A DNA stretch of 64,000 bases from Cellulosimicrobium sp. (GTDB taxonomy: Bacteria > Actinomycetota > Actinomycetes > Actinomycetales > Cellulomonadaceae): assembly GCA_029256625.1 (NCBI GenBank), contig JAQSXO010000001.1:481-64480 (forward strand), given 5' to 3'. The number at the start of each line of letters is the position of its first letter. Positions within the stretch are counted from its first letter, which is position 1. The position numbers were made by a program, and so were the translations under genes. This document shows positions 49,718-59,875 of this stretch, in pieces. Under the pieces are notes generated by a model, which saw only the letters and a program-made list of their open reading frames with translations, ran no database searches and was not told where the DNA came from.

Positions 49718-51982
49718 ATGTCACGAGCTCGACTGAATCGGTGGGTCGTTCGCACGGCGGTCGCGGCGATGGTCGCGACCACGGCCGTCGGCGTCGTGCC
49801 GGCGGCCGTGGGTGCACCTCCAGGGGTGGTACCGGCGGCACCACCCGCAGTCTCCGCCGACGGCCTCGCGCACCCCGACGCCCCCGCCCAGAGCCCGGAC
49901 ACGGACATCGCGGAGATCCCGCTCGAGGGCGAGGCGGTCGTCCCGCAGGAGGCTGCCGGGGTCGTCCCCACGGACCTGGGTGCCGCGGCGGCGCTCGACG
50001 ACGAGCCCCTCCTCGACACCGTGGACGCGCGGCAGGTCGACGTCGACGGAGCCGACCTCGTCGGAGTCACCTGGGTGGGCCCGGGACCCGACCGCGTCGA
50101 GGTGCGTTCGCAGTCGACCGCCGGGCGGTGGAGCGACTGGACGGTGCTCGAGGGCGAGCAGGACCCGGACGGCCAGGGCGGAGGGACCGACCCCTGGTGG
50201 ACCGGCGGCAGCGCCTCGGTGGAGGTTCGCGCGTGGCGGGACGGCGCGTCCGTGGCCGAGGAGCTCTCGGTCGCGGCGATCAGCACGGCGGTGACGACGG
50301 CGGACCGGGACCTCGCGTCGCAGGCTCCCAGCGCCGGGGTGGCCTCGGGCGGCCGCGGCAGCAGCGTCGGCTCGTCGGCGCCGTCGGCCCTCGCGTTCGC
50401 GCCCGCTCCCGCGATGCCCACGGTGATCACGCGGGCGCAGTGGGGGGCCGATCCCGCGCTGATGACCTGGACCCCCCAGTACGCCAACTCGACCCTCGCC
50501 GCGGTGCTCCACCACACCGCCGGCTCGAACACGTACACGCCCGCGCAGTCCCCGGGGATCGTCCGCGGCATCTACGCCTACCACGCGGTCTCGCGCGGGT
50601 GGGGGGACATCGGCTACAACGTGCTCGTCGACCAGTACGGTCAGATCTTCGAGGGGCGTGCCGGTGCGCTCTCCCTCCCGGTGACCGCCGCGCACGCCGG
50701 AGGGTTCAACACGGGGACCTTCGGCGTGTCGATGATGGGCGAGTACTCCTCGGTGGCCCCGTCGGCGTCGATGCGCGAGTCCGTGGCGCGGATCATCGCG
50801 TGGAAGCTCGGGGGTTCGTACCACTTCGGCGCCTGGGAGATCGAGCGCTACACGACACCCGGCCACTCGACCTCGAAGTTCTCCCCAGGGCAGGTGGTGC
50901 AGATCTACCGGATCCTGGCCCACCGCGACGTCGCGTACACGTCGTGCCCGGGGAACGCGGGGTACTCCATCCTGCCCTGGCTGCGGAACCGGGTGACCGA
51001 GCTCACCGCGTCCGCGCGCACACAGATCTGGAGCAACTGGAACCGGCTCGGGGGGTTCGGCGGCGCGTGGGGCGCGGTGCACCAGGTCGAGACCGACGTC
51101 TCCGGCGGTTCCGCCGCGTACTTCTCCGCCGGCTACACGGTGACCTACCAGCCGTCGGTGGGTGTCCACCAGATCTCGCCGCGGATCCGGCCGGGCTGGC
51201 TCGCGGGCGGCGGGCTCGGTGCGGCGGGGTTCCCGACGACGTTCGAGTTCGCCGTGGGGGACGGGCGGGGACGAGCCCAGGAGTTCCGAGGTGCCGGGTC
51301 GGTGATCTACAGCCCGACGACGGGGTCGCGGTGGATCTCCGGCGCGCTGCGCAGCGAGTGGTGGCGCACCGGCGGGGCCACCGGCTCGCTCGGCTACCCG
51401 ACGCGGTCCCAGGGCCCGGTCGGTGACGGGAGGGGGCTCTTCCTCGAGTTCGAGAAGTCGGGGTCGATCGTGTGGACGCCGACCACGGGCGCCAGGTCGA
51501 TCTTCGGCCCGACCCGCAGCTACTGGTGGAGCCGGGGCGGAGCGTCGGGCGGTCTGGGGTATCCGAAGACCAACCAGGTGGCGACGAACGACGGCCGGGG
51601 TACCGAGATGGACTTCGAGAAGGGCGTCACCGTCGTCTGGAGCCAGTCGACCGGAGCACACTCGATCTGGACGACGATCCGCGACAAGTGGCGTCAGGCC
51701 GGCGGTGCCGCTGCGGTCGGGCTGCCGGACGCCGAGCCGGCGAACTTCCGTACCCGTGCCGGCGGGTACAGCTCCTTCTCGACGGGCTCGCTGATCGTGT
51801 GGAGCTCGAGCACCGGAGCACGTCTGATGCCCCGAGCCTTCAAGGACGCGTGGCGCGCCCGGAACGCCGAGCGTGGCTACCTGGGTCTTCCGGTGTCAGA
51901 TCCGCAGGTCTCAGGATCCACCACCACCCAGCGGTTCGAGGGCGGGACCTTGGTCCTCTCCGGCGGGGTGATCACCGGCTGA
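49718..51982 (+). CDS. Amidase_2/PGRP N-acetylmuramoyl-L-alanine amidase with C-terminal LGFP repeats
   Basis: HHTAG, GWGDIGYNVLVD, AHAGGFN, AHRD..TSCPG; repeats GFP, LGYP, LGYP, VGLP, LGLP about 55 aa apart; GAGGAGG SD. Confidence 0.88.
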   Translation: MSRARLNRWVVRTAVAAMVATTAVGVVPAAVGAPPGVVPAAPPAVSADGLAHPDAPAQSPDTDIAEIPLEGEAVVPQEAAGVVPTDLGAAAALDDEPLLDTVDARQVDVDGADLVGVTWVGPGPDRVEVRSQSTAGRWSDWTVLEGEQDPDGQGGGTDPWWTGGSASVEVRAWRDGASVAEELSVAAISTAVTTADRDLASQAPSAGVASGGRGSSVGSSAPSALAFAPAPAMPTVITRAQWGADPALMTWTPQYANSTLAAVLHHTAGSNTYTPAQSPGIVRGIYAYHAVSRGWGDIGYNVLVDQYGQIFEGRAGALSLPVTAAHAGGFNTGTFGVSMMGEYSSVAPSASMRESVARIIAWKLGGSYHFGAWEIERYTTPGHSTSKFSPGQVVQIYRILAHRDVAYTSCPGNAGYSILPWLRNRVTELTASARTQIWSNWNRLGGFGGAWGAVHQVETDVSGGSAAYFSAGYTVTYQPSVGVHQISPRIRPGWLAGGGLGAAGFPTTFEFAVGDGRGRAQEFRGAGSVIYSPTTGSRWISGALRSEWWRTGGATGSLGYPTRSQGPVGDGRGLFLEFEKSGSIVWTPTTGARSIFGPTRSYWWSRGGASGGLGYPKTNQVATNDGRGTEMDFEKGVTVVWSQSTGAHSIWTTIRDKWRQAGGAAAVGLPDAEPANFRTRAGGYSSFSTGSLIVWSSSTGARLMPRAFKDAWRARNAERGYLGLPVSDPQVSGSTTTQRFEGGTLVLSGGVITG

Positions 51983-52077
51983 GCCCCCGGACCCGCGAGC
52001 CACGTCCGCGCCGGGCCGTAGACTCTCGTCGGCGTCGCCGGTCGGCGGGCGCCTCGAGGCGGAGAAGGGTGTCGGTC

Positions 52078-53262
52078 GTGCCGCACGTCGTGGTGGTCGG
52101 AAGCGGGATCGTCGGGCTCGCGTCAGCCCGTGCGCTGGCACAGCAGGGGCACGACGTCACGGTCGTCGAGAAGGAGGAGCGGCTCGCCGCGCACCAGACG
52201 GGCCGCAACTCCGGTGTGATCCACTCCGGGCTCTACTACAAGCCGGGGAGCCACAAGGCGCTCATGAGCCGGGCGGGTGTCCGGTCGATGACCGCGTACG
52301 CCGCGAGCCGAGGCGTCGCCCACGAGATCTGCGGCAAGCTCGTCGTGGCGACCCGCGAGTCCGAGATGCCCGCGCTCCGGGCCCTCGCGGAGCGTGCCCA
52401 GCAGAACGAGGTGCCTAGCCGGTTGGTCTCCGCCGCCGAGGCGCTCGAGCACGAGCCGCACGTCGCGGCTGTCGAGGCGCTGCGCGTCGACTCGACGGGC
52501 ATCATCGACTACCCGGGCGTGTGCGCCGCTCTCGCCGAGGACATCACCGACGCCGGCGGGCAGATCGTCCTGGGCGCGCGGTTCGAGCGTGCCCGCACGA
52601 CGACCGACGGCGTCGAGGTGCTGACGTCGCAGGGGAAGATCTCCGCGGACTGGCTCGTGAACTGCGCGGGTCTCCAGTCGGACGTGGTCGCGCAGCGTTC
52701 GGGACTCGTCCCCGAGGCGAGGATCGTCCCGTTCCGCGGCGAGTACTTCGAGCTCGTCCCGGGGCGGGAGGGCCTCGTCAAGGGGCTCATCTACCCCGTC
52801 CCGGACCCTGCGCTGCCGTTCCTGGGCGTCCACCTCACGAAGATGATCAACGGGTCGGTGCACGCCGGCCCGAACGCCGTGTTCGCCTTCGCGCGCGAGG
52901 GCTACCGCTGGCGCGACGTGAACGTGCGCGAGACGGCGAGCGCGCTGGCGTGGCCCGGGCTGTGGCGACTCGCGGCCCGGTTCGGCACGACCGGGGCCGG
53001 CGAGGTCGTGAGGTCTGCCTCCCGACGCGTCTTCGCCCGCTCGCTCGCCCGTCTCGTCCCGGACATCGGCGTCGACGACATCACCCCGTCCCCCGCCGGC
53101 GTGCGGGCGCAGGCCCTGCGCCGCGACGGGACGATGGTCGACGACTTCCTGATCCAGCGGGCGCAGAACCAGGTGCACGTGCTCAACGCGCCGTCACCGG
53201 CGGCGACGTGCGCCCTGGAGATCGCGGACCACATCGCTCGTCAGGTGACGCAGAGCGCCTGA
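52078..53262 (+). CDS. lhgO: L-2-hydroxyglutarate oxidase family FAD oxidoreductase
   Basis: VVVGSGIVG, HQTGRNSGVIHSGLYYKPGS, PFRGEY, IYPVPDP..PFLGVH, AGVRAQA, NAPSPAAT. Confidence 0.9.
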   Translation: MPHVVVVGSGIVGLASARALAQQGHDVTVVEKEERLAAHQTGRNSGVIHSGLYYKPGSHKALMSRAGVRSMTAYAASRGVAHEICGKLVVATRESEMPALRALAERAQQNEVPSRLVSAAEALEHEPHVAAVEALRVDSTGIIDYPGVCAALAEDITDAGGQIVLGARFERARTTTDGVEVLTSQGKISADWLVNCAGLQSDVVAQRSGLVPEARIVPFRGEYFELVPGREGLVKGLIYPVPDPALPFLGVHLTKMINGSVHAGPNAVFAFAREGYRWRDVNVRETASALAWPGLWRLAARFGTTGAGEVVRSASRRVFARSLARLVPDIGVDDITPSPAGVRAQALRRDGTMVDDFLIQRAQNQVHVLNAPSPAATCALEIADHIARQVTQSA

Positions 53263-53269
53263 CCGGACT

Positions 53270-54088
53270 TCACGGGGTCCCGCCCGCGCGTAGACGCTCC
53301 GGGACGTGGGTGACGCCCTCGCCGTCGACGAGCCGCCGCGTCCGGTCGGGCGAGGCGGCGAGCGCGTCGCCCGCGGCAGCGGACAGGAGCACCACGGACC
53401 CTCCGGCGGACCACGTCCCGAGGGTCGCCAGGAGCACGTCCGTCGCCTGGTCGCCGCGTGCCTCCGGCCCCGGGGACTCGAGGAGGACGCGCCCGCCGGC
53501 GCCGGAGCGGACCAGCTCGGCGTGCTGCAGGAGCGTCCCGGCCGCCGTCTCCACGGCGGGCGCCCGCAGATCGACGGCAGGTACCCAGGCGAGCTGGTCG
53601 CCGTACGTCATGACGGCCGACGCGGCGTCGATCGCGCCCGGCGGGAGGTCGCCGTCGAAGCGCCGCGCCAGCGCGGGCAGGGCGACTGCCACCAGCTCGG
53701 CGCGGGTGCCGGCCCAGCGGTCGGGGCGGGTCGTCACGACGACGTCCGGTCGCGTGGTGCCGTCACCCGGCGTAGCGTCGTCATCGGTGGGCGCGACCGT
53801 CGCTCCGACGCGCCATGCGGCGAGCGCCCAGACGACCGTGCGCCAATGCGTGGGAAGGTCGAGAACGACCCGCGTGCCGGGGCCCGCATCGAATTCTTCG
53901 ACGAGAAGGTTGGTCGTCTTGTTGACCCAGTTCTCGAGCACCGCGCCGGAGAGCTCGACACGTTCGCCGTCGTCGCCGTACCACGTGAGCCGGGGGCGGC
54001 CCGGCTCCCGCGTGAGGAGACGCAGCAGGTCAGCGACGTGCGTGGGGCGGTCGTCGCGCGGGGCCGGGGGATGGGGAGCGGTCACCAT
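53270..54088 (-). CDS. TIGR03089 family protein (Rv3268-like)
   Basis: PRLTWY..GERVELS..NWVNKTTNLL, LPTHW; divergent from whiB; ATG 7 nt after TAGGGT. Confidence 0.85.
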   Translation of the reverse strand: MVTAPHPPAPRDDRPTHVADLLRLLTREPGRPRLTWYGDDGERVELSGAVLENWVNKTTNLLVEEFDAGPGTRVVLDLPTHWRTVVWALAAWRVGATVAPTDDDATPGDGTTRPDVVVTTRPDRWAGTRAELVAVALPALARRFDGDLPPGAIDAASAVMTYGDQLAWVPAVDLRAPAVETAAGTLLQHAELVRSGAGGRVLLESPGPEARGDQATDVLLATLGTWSAGGSVVLLSAAAGDALAASPDRTRRLVDGEGVTHVPERLRAGGTP

Positions 54089-54117
54089 GGACACCACCCT
54101 AGAGTGCTGATATCGCG

Positions 54118-54133
54118 TCCCGACATGTCGGGA
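54118..54133. promoter_or_regulatory. Perfect 16-bp palindrome (candidate operator) between TIGR03089 and whiB
   Basis: TCCCGACATGTCGGGA. Confidence 0.45.
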
Positions 54134-54171
54134 TTTCACCCCTCGCCTCCTCGTCGCTATCACATTTCGGC

Positions 54172-54202
54172 TTGACGCCCGCGGACGACACGCGTGTAAT
54201 TT
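54172..54202 (+). promoter_or_regulatory. Putative housekeeping-sigma promoter of whiB
   Basis: TTGACG -35 at 54172 and AT-rich TGTAATTT at 54195-54202; GACAC lies in the spacer. Confidence 0.55.
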
Positions 54203-54267
54203 CTTCAATGCAGTTTCCGGCGGGGTTCTCGCCACGAGGCCCGGCGAACGGCATGAAGGGGCGCACG

Positions 54268-54597
54268 ATGTGGAACATGCTGGACGGGACGGGAGGGGTC
54301 TTCCCCTCCGACGCTGAACGAGAGGTGGAGCGCGTGGCACCGGTGCTGCCGCTCTTCGGCGAGCCGGTCGACGACACGCTCATGGGATGGCAGGAGCGGG
54401 CGCTCTGCGCCCAGACGGACCCGGAGGCCTTCTTCCCGGAGAAGGGTGGGTCCACGCGCGAGGCCAAGAAGGTCTGCACGGGCTGCGAGGTCCGCGCGGA
54501 GTGCCTCGAGTACGCGCTCGAGAACGACGAGCGGTTCGGCATCTGGGGCGGCCTCTCGGAGCGAGAGCGCCGCAAGCTCAAGCGCCGCGTCGTCTGA
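54268..54597 (+). CDS. whiB: WhiB family Fe-S transcriptional regulator (WhiB/WhiB2 orthologue)
   Basis: WQERALCAQTDPEAFFPEKGGSTREAKKVC..C.VRAECLEYAL..ERFGIWGGLSERERR; start approximate. Confidence 0.95.
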   Translation: MWNMLDGTGGVFPSDAEREVERVAPVLPLFGEPVDDTLMGWQERALCAQTDPEAFFPEKGGSTREAKKVCTGCEVRAECLEYALENDERFGIWGGLSERERRKLKRRVV

Positions 54598-54729
54598 CGA
54601 CGAGCGCACCTCGGGGCGGTCCGTCGTCCGCGTCGCCGGGCCGCCCGGTGACGGGGCCACGGCGCCCCGCCACACCGGGGCGCGCAAATGCCGCGTCCGG
54701 AGCCCTGTCCGTCGCATGATCGACGGGAC

Positions 54730-57700
54730 ATGACTTCCTCCGACCTCACCACGTCCGCGCGCAGCGCCCGCCCCGGCGACCTCACGCCGGGGGCGGCGGC
54801 GCGTGCCGCCGCCGTGCCGGGCGTCGTCGCGGCACCCGAGATCCTCGCCGCCGTCACCGGGGCGCTCCCGGTCGTCACGACGGTGACCGCCGTCGTCGTC
54901 ACGCGCGGCAGCACACCGTTCCTCGCCCAGACCCTCGCGGCGGTGCGGGCGCAGACGACGAGCCCGCACACGGTCGTCGTCGTGGACGCCGCCTCCGGTG
55001 ACGCGAGCCGCGAGCACCAAGGTCTGCAGCTGGGCGACGCGCGTTTCCTGGCCGCGCCCCGCGCCCGGTCGTTCGGCGACGCGGTCGACGCCGCGCTCGC
55101 GAACGTCGATCCGGGCACGTGGCTCTGGCTCCTCCACGACGACTCGGCGCCCGCACCCGACGCTCTCGCGGAGCTCCTGCGCGCGGTCGAGCACTCGACC
55201 GCCGTGGCGGTGGCAGGTCCCAAGCAGGAGCGGTGGGTCACCGGCGCCGGGGCGGAGCCTGCACCGCCGTTCGCCTCGGGCTCGGCGAGCCGCCTCGTCG
55301 AGGTGGGCGTCACGACGACGCCCCTGGGGCGGCGCATGACGGGGATCGACGACGACGAGATCGACCAGGGCCAGCACGACGCGCGCGACGACGTGCTCGC
55401 CGTCGGGCTCGCGGGCGCTCTGGTGCGCCGCACGGTGTGGCAGGAGCTCGGCGGGACCGACCCGGAGTACGGGTCGTTCGGCGACGGTCTCGACCTGTGC
55501 CGCCGGGCGCGCCTCGCCGGGCACCGGGTGATCGTGGTGCCGTCCGCCGTCGTGCGGCACGCGCAGGCGTCGCTCCTCGGGCTGCGGGACCGGCGGCGCG
55601 GGTCGACCACGCTCCCCGCGCCGGACCCCGGCTCGTCGTCCGCCGCGCGGCGCCGGTCCCAGCTCCACGCACGGCTCGTCGGGGTCGCGGCGCCGTGGCT
55701 GCCGTTCGTCGCGCTCGCGATGGTTCTCGGTGCGCCCTTCCACGCCGCCTACCGGTTGCTCGTCAAGCAGCCCGGGCACGCGCGCGACGAGCTGCTCGCG
55801 CCGCTGTGGGCGCTCGTGCGCGTGGGGCCGGTGTGGCGCGCGCGGCGGGCCGCGCGGCGCACGCGCCGGCTCCCGCGCCGCGCGCTGCGCCCGCTGCGCG
55901 GCACGTGGCGCGAGGTCCTCGCCGAGCGCCGGGACCGTCGTCTGGCCCGTGCGGAGCAGCGGCGCACCGCGTGGGCTCCTACCGACATCGAGCGGCGCGA
56001 GCTGAGGGCCCTCGCCCTGCGGCGCAGGGCGGGGCTCGTCGCGACGGCCGTGGTCCTCGCGGCCTACACGGCCGTCGTGTTCGGTCCGCTCGCGGGGGCG
56101 CTGCTCGCCGGCGGGCGCCTCGTCGGCGGGTCGCTGCTCCCGGCGACGGGCACGCTCGGGGACGTCTGGCGTGCCGCGACGACCGGGTGGGTCACGACGG
56201 GCCTCGGGGCGCCCGCGCCCGCCGACCCCTACGTCACGGCTCTCGTGCCCGCGTCGATGCTGGCGGGCGGGGCGACGCAGACCGCGGTGAACCTGCTGGT
56301 GCCGGCGTGCTTCGTCGCCGCAGGGCTGGGTGCCTGGTTCGCCGCGGGCGCCGTCGTGCGCTCGGTCCCGGCGCGCGCCTGGGCCACGCTCGTGTGGGTG
56401 GCCGCGCCCGCTCTGCTCACCGCCGTCGGCGCGGGCCGGGTGGGCGCCGTGCTGGTGCACGCCACGCTGCCGTGGCTCGCGCTCGCGGTGGTCCGCGCGC
56501 TCGGGCTGCAGCGCGTCGACCTGGTCGCCCCGCCGACGCCGGGGGCCCCCCGGCCGGACCCACGGCCCGAGCCGGGATCGCTCGCCGCCGCGGCGACGGC
56601 CGGCCTGCTCTTCGCCGTCGTCGTCGCCGGCTCTCCCGTGCTCCTCCCGGTGGGAGCCCTCGTGCTCGTGGTGGTCGCGCTCGGGGTCCGCAGGCACCGG
56701 CGCTACCTCGCCCTGGTGCCCGTCCCCGCCGTCGTGCTGTTCGCGCCGTTCCTCGTCCACGTGGCGCGGACGGCGGGCGACGGCGGCTGGCGCCTCCTGC
56801 TCGCCGACCCCGGTGCCCCCGTCGCGGCCGTGCCCGCCGCGCCGTGGCAGCAGCTCCTCGGCCTGCCGACGACGCCGTCCGCCTGGTTCGGGCTCGACGG
56901 CTCGGGGGCGGTGGACCTCCTCGCGCGCTGGGCGCCGTTCGCGGCGGGGGCGACGGTCGTGGTGCTCGCCGTCGTGGCCGTGCTCCGCGGGCGGCGCCTG
57001 GCCGTCGGGGCGTGGTTCGTCGCGGCGGTCGGTCTCGCGACCGCTCTCCTCGCCGGTTCGACGGTCGTCGCGGCCGGGGCGTCTCCGGACGCTCCGGTGA
57101 CGGGCTGGCCCGGGGCCGGCGTCTCGCTGGCGCTGCTCGCGCTCCTCGGCGCCGCGCTCGTCGGCGTCCCACGCCTCCCCGGCAGCAGCGCGCCCGCCTG
57201 GCGGACCGGCGCGGTCGTCGCGCTGGGCCTGGTCGTGACGCTGCTCCCCCTGGGGACGGCGGCGTCGTGGACCGCGGGCGTGCTCGACCGGGACGACGCA
57301 CGGGTGGGCGACGTCGTCGCGACGACCGAGCCCGTCGTCCCCCCGGTGGGCCGTCAGATGCAGTCCTCCCCGCGCCAGGCCCGCGTCCTCAGCCTCGAGC
57401 TCGGTCGGGGCGGCGTGGTCGAGTACGCGGCCCTCCGCTCCGACGGGCCGCAGGCGGTGGACTCCTCGGTCGTCGTGCACGCCTGGCAGGCCGCGGACCC
57501 GGGCGCGACCGAGGGTGAGCTGCCCGGGCTCGTCGCCGAGCTCGTGTCCGGGACGTCCACCGACGTCGCCGACGGGCTCGGGCGCCTCGGCGTCGGCGCC
57601 GTCCTGCTCCCGGCCACGGCGGAGGCTGACCAGGCGCGTGCGGAGCTCGTGGCGCGGCTCGACACGGTGCCCGGGCTCGAACGGATGACGGAGGGGCAGG

Positions 57701-58095
57701 CAGGGCTGGTCTGGCGGGTGGCGCCCGAGGGACCCGAGCCCTCCTACGCGCGGGTCGAGTCCGCCGCGGGCGCGCAGGCGCTCGACGCCGACCGCCAGGC
57801 GCTGCGACCGGTCGACACGACCGTCGCGGCCGGGACCGAGGACCGCGTCGTCGTGCTCGCGGAGAACGCGTCGTCCGGGTGGCGGGCGACGCTCGACGGC
57901 CGGCCCCTCGCGGCGGTCGACCCGGCGACGACCGGAGGGCTCCAGGCGTTCTCCGTCGGTGCCGCCGGCGGGCACCTCGAGGTGTTCCACGCGGCGGACC
58001 ACAGGTCGGGCTGGATGACGGTGGCAGGGGTGACCCTGCTCGTGTTCGTGCTGCTCGCGGTGCCGGTGCGGCGCCGTCGGGCGGGGGTGAGGTAG
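54730..58095 (+). CDS. Large GT2 glycosyltransferase fused to a multi-TM domain (conserved downstream of whiB)
   Basis: WLWLLHDDSAP, AGPKQ, EIDQGQHD, DLCRRARLAG followed by many TM segments. Confidence 0.8.
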   Translation: MTSSDLTTSARSARPGDLTPGAAARAAAVPGVVAAPEILAAVTGALPVVTTVTAVVVTRGSTPFLAQTLAAVRAQTTSPHTVVVVDAASGDASREHQGLQLGDARFLAAPRARSFGDAVDAALANVDPGTWLWLLHDDSAPAPDALAELLRAVEHSTAVAVAGPKQERWVTGAGAEPAPPFASGSASRLVEVGVTTTPLGRRMTGIDDDEIDQGQHDARDDVLAVGLAGALVRRTVWQELGGTDPEYGSFGDGLDLCRRARLAGHRVIVVPSAVVRHAQASLLGLRDRRRGSTTLPAPDPGSSSAARRRSQLHARLVGVAAPWLPFVALAMVLGAPFHAAYRLLVKQPGHARDELLAPLWALVRVGPVWRARRAARRTRRLPRRALRPLRGTWREVLAERRDRRLARAEQRRTAWAPTDIERRELRALALRRRAGLVATAVVLAAYTAVVFGPLAGALLAGGRLVGGSLLPATGTLGDVWRAATTGWVTTGLGAPAPADPYVTALVPASMLAGGATQTAVNLLVPACFVAAGLGAWFAAGAVVRSVPARAWATLVWVAAPALLTAVGAGRVGAVLVHATLPWLALAVVRALGLQRVDLVAPPTPGAPRPDPRPEPGSLAAAATAGLLFAVVVAGSPVLLPVGALVLVVVALGVRRHRRYLALVPVPAVVLFAPFLVHVARTAGDGGWRLLLADPGAPVAAVPAAPWQQLLGLPTTPSAWFGLDGSGAVDLLARWAPFAAGATVVVLAVVAVLRGRRLAVGAWFVAAVGLATALLAGSTVVAAGASPDAPVTGWPGAGVSLALLALLGAALVGVPRLPGSSAPAWRTGAVVALGLVVTLLPLGTAASWTAGVLDRDDARVGDVVATTEPVVPPVGRQMQSSPRQARVLSLELGRGGVVEYAALRSDGPQAVDSSVVVHAWQAADPGATEGELPGLVAELVSGTSTDVADGLGRLGVGAVLLPATAEADQARAELVARLDTVPGLERMTEGQAGLVWRVAPEGPEPSYARVESAAGAQALDADRQALRPVDTTVAAGTEDRVVVLAENASSGWRATLDGRPLAAVDPATTGGLQAFSVGAAGGHLEVFHAADHRSGWMTVAGVTLLVFVLLAVPVRRRRAGVR

Positions 58096-58099
58096 CGCG

Positions 58100-59863
58100 G
58101 TGGCGACGGAGAACGAGACGGGTCCCGCCCGGGCGGGTCAGGGCGAGCGGGTGGACCAGGGCGAGAAGGACGCCACGGCGGCCGGCACGCCCCGCGGCAG
58201 GGGTCGCGGGATCGTGCGGCGCGTCACGACGACGGGCGCGGGCCTGGTCGGGATGCTCGCGGTGGGCGCGGTGGCCGCGTTCGGGAGCACCGGCGCGACG
58301 CTCCTGCCGCCTGCGCCCGTTCCCGCCGACCAGGTCCAGCAGGTGGCCGTCGAGCCGGGCCCGGAGGTCACGGTCTGCCCGGGCCCCGCACGGCTCACCG
58401 ACCCGGAGACGGTCGGCGACGCGCAGTTCGGCCCGGCGCCGGTGGGTACGACGAGCAGCCTGCGCGCCGTGCTCGAGGGCGGCGGGTCCGCCGAGCTCGG
58501 CGCGTTCGACGGGGCCACCCCCCAGGGGATCGACCGCGCGCAGGACGCCGACGCCACCGTCGCCACGATCGAGGACCCGGCGGACGGCGCGGTCCTGGCG
58601 GTGCGGCCCGAGCCGGGCGACGCGCCACGGGTCGCCGCGTCGGTCGGTTCCGTGACGACCGCCGGAGACCTGCGTGGGCTCGCCGCCGCGAGCTGCTCGC
58701 GGCCGGGCATCAGCCAGTGGCTCGTGGGCGGGAGCACCCAGATCGGCAGCAGCACCCAGCTCGTGCTCCAGAACCCGGGCCTCACACCGGCGGTCGTCCA
58801 GGTGGACGTGTGGGGCCAGGGCGGCGCGGCCGTGCTCTCGGGGGGCGGGCAGCAGCTCGTCGGGCCGGGCGAGGAGGTCGTGACGCTCGTCGAGGCCGCG
58901 GCCCCCGAGCAGCGCCGCCTCGTCGTGCACGTCGCGGCGTCCGGCGGGCTCGTCTCGGCCTACCTCCAGCACTCCGTGCTCGACGGGCTCGTCCCGCTGG
59001 GGGTCGACTACGTCGTCCCGGGTGCGGAGCCCGCCCAGGACCTGGCGCTCGCGGGTGTCGCGAGCGTCGGTGAGGCCGTCGACGACCCGCACGCCCCGCA
59101 GCTGCGCCTCCTCGCCCCCGGCGGCGAGGCGGGGACCGCGCGCGTCACCGTCCACGGCGAGGACGGGACGGTGCCGCTGCGCGGGGTGGAGGACGTCGCC
59201 CTCACGCCCGGGGTTGTGACCGACGTCTCGCTCGGCGGCCTCCCGGCCGGCTCGTACGCCGTGTCCGTGCACGCGGACGTCCCCGTCGTCGCCGGCGCGT
59301 CGGTCGACCGACGCGGCGCGGCGGACCCCGACCTGCTCCACGAGGAGCGCCAGTACGACCGCGCGTGGGTCGCCGCGCGGGCGCTGGCCCCCGCGGCCGC
59401 CGGGGACGCCCCCGTCGACGAGGACGGCGCGCGTGCCGGTCAGGTCGCGCTCGTCCCCGGGACGTCGTCCTCGCTGACGCTCGCCGCGGTCCCGACGGGT
59501 GCGGAGGAGGGCGGCGACGACGCGGCCGGACGCCTCGAGCTCCGCGTGCGCGCCTACGACGAGGACGGCGCCGAGGCCGGGGCGACGACCGTGACGCTCG
59601 CCGGCGGCACGGCGCAGACGCTCGACCCGTCCACGCTGCGGGCCGAGGGCTCGGAGGCGGTGGTCGCGGCCGTGACGGTCGACGTCGTCGGGACGCGCGG
59701 GGACCTGGACGCGGTCTGGTCGGTCACGGCGAGCGCCGGTCCGCCGAGCGGTGACGACGGCGACGAGGCGCCGAGCCTGCTGTCGGTGCTGCTGCCCGTC
59801 GTCGACGCGCCCGCGCCCGGCGAGGTCGCCGTCCGCGCGTCGGACACCGCCGGCCTCGGCTGA
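58100..59863 (+). CDS. DUF5719 family secreted or membrane-anchored protein
   Basis: N-terminal TM helix, VCPGP, GLAAASC, WLVGGST, LVLQNPG; typical position in this block. Confidence 0.75.
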   Translation: MATENETGPARAGQGERVDQGEKDATAAGTPRGRGRGIVRRVTTTGAGLVGMLAVGAVAAFGSTGATLLPPAPVPADQVQQVAVEPGPEVTVCPGPARLTDPETVGDAQFGPAPVGTTSSLRAVLEGGGSAELGAFDGATPQGIDRAQDADATVATIEDPADGAVLAVRPEPGDAPRVAASVGSVTTAGDLRGLAAASCSRPGISQWLVGGSTQIGSSTQLVLQNPGLTPAVVQVDVWGQGGAAVLSGGGQQLVGPGEEVVTLVEAAAPEQRRLVVHVAASGGLVSAYLQHSVLDGLVPLGVDYVVPGAEPAQDLALAGVASVGEAVDDPHAPQLRLLAPGGEAGTARVTVHGEDGTVPLRGVEDVALTPGVVTDVSLGGLPAGSYAVSVHADVPVVAGASVDRRGAADPDLLHEERQYDRAWVAARALAPAAAGDAPVDEDGARAGQVALVPGTSSSLTLAAVPTGAEEGGDDAAGRLELRVRAYDEDGAEAGATTVTLAGGTAQTLDPSTLRAEGSEAVVAAVTVDVVGTRGDLDAVWSVTASAGPPSGDDGDEAPSLLSVLLPVVDAPAPGEVAVRASDTAGLG

Positions 59864-59875
59864 CCGGCGCCGCCC

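Noticed and set aside
54205-58002. 1265-aa minus-strand ORF
   Set aside because: Antisense shadow of whiB and the large GT2; Arg/Gly/Pro-rich with no motifs, as expected when stop codons are rare at high GC
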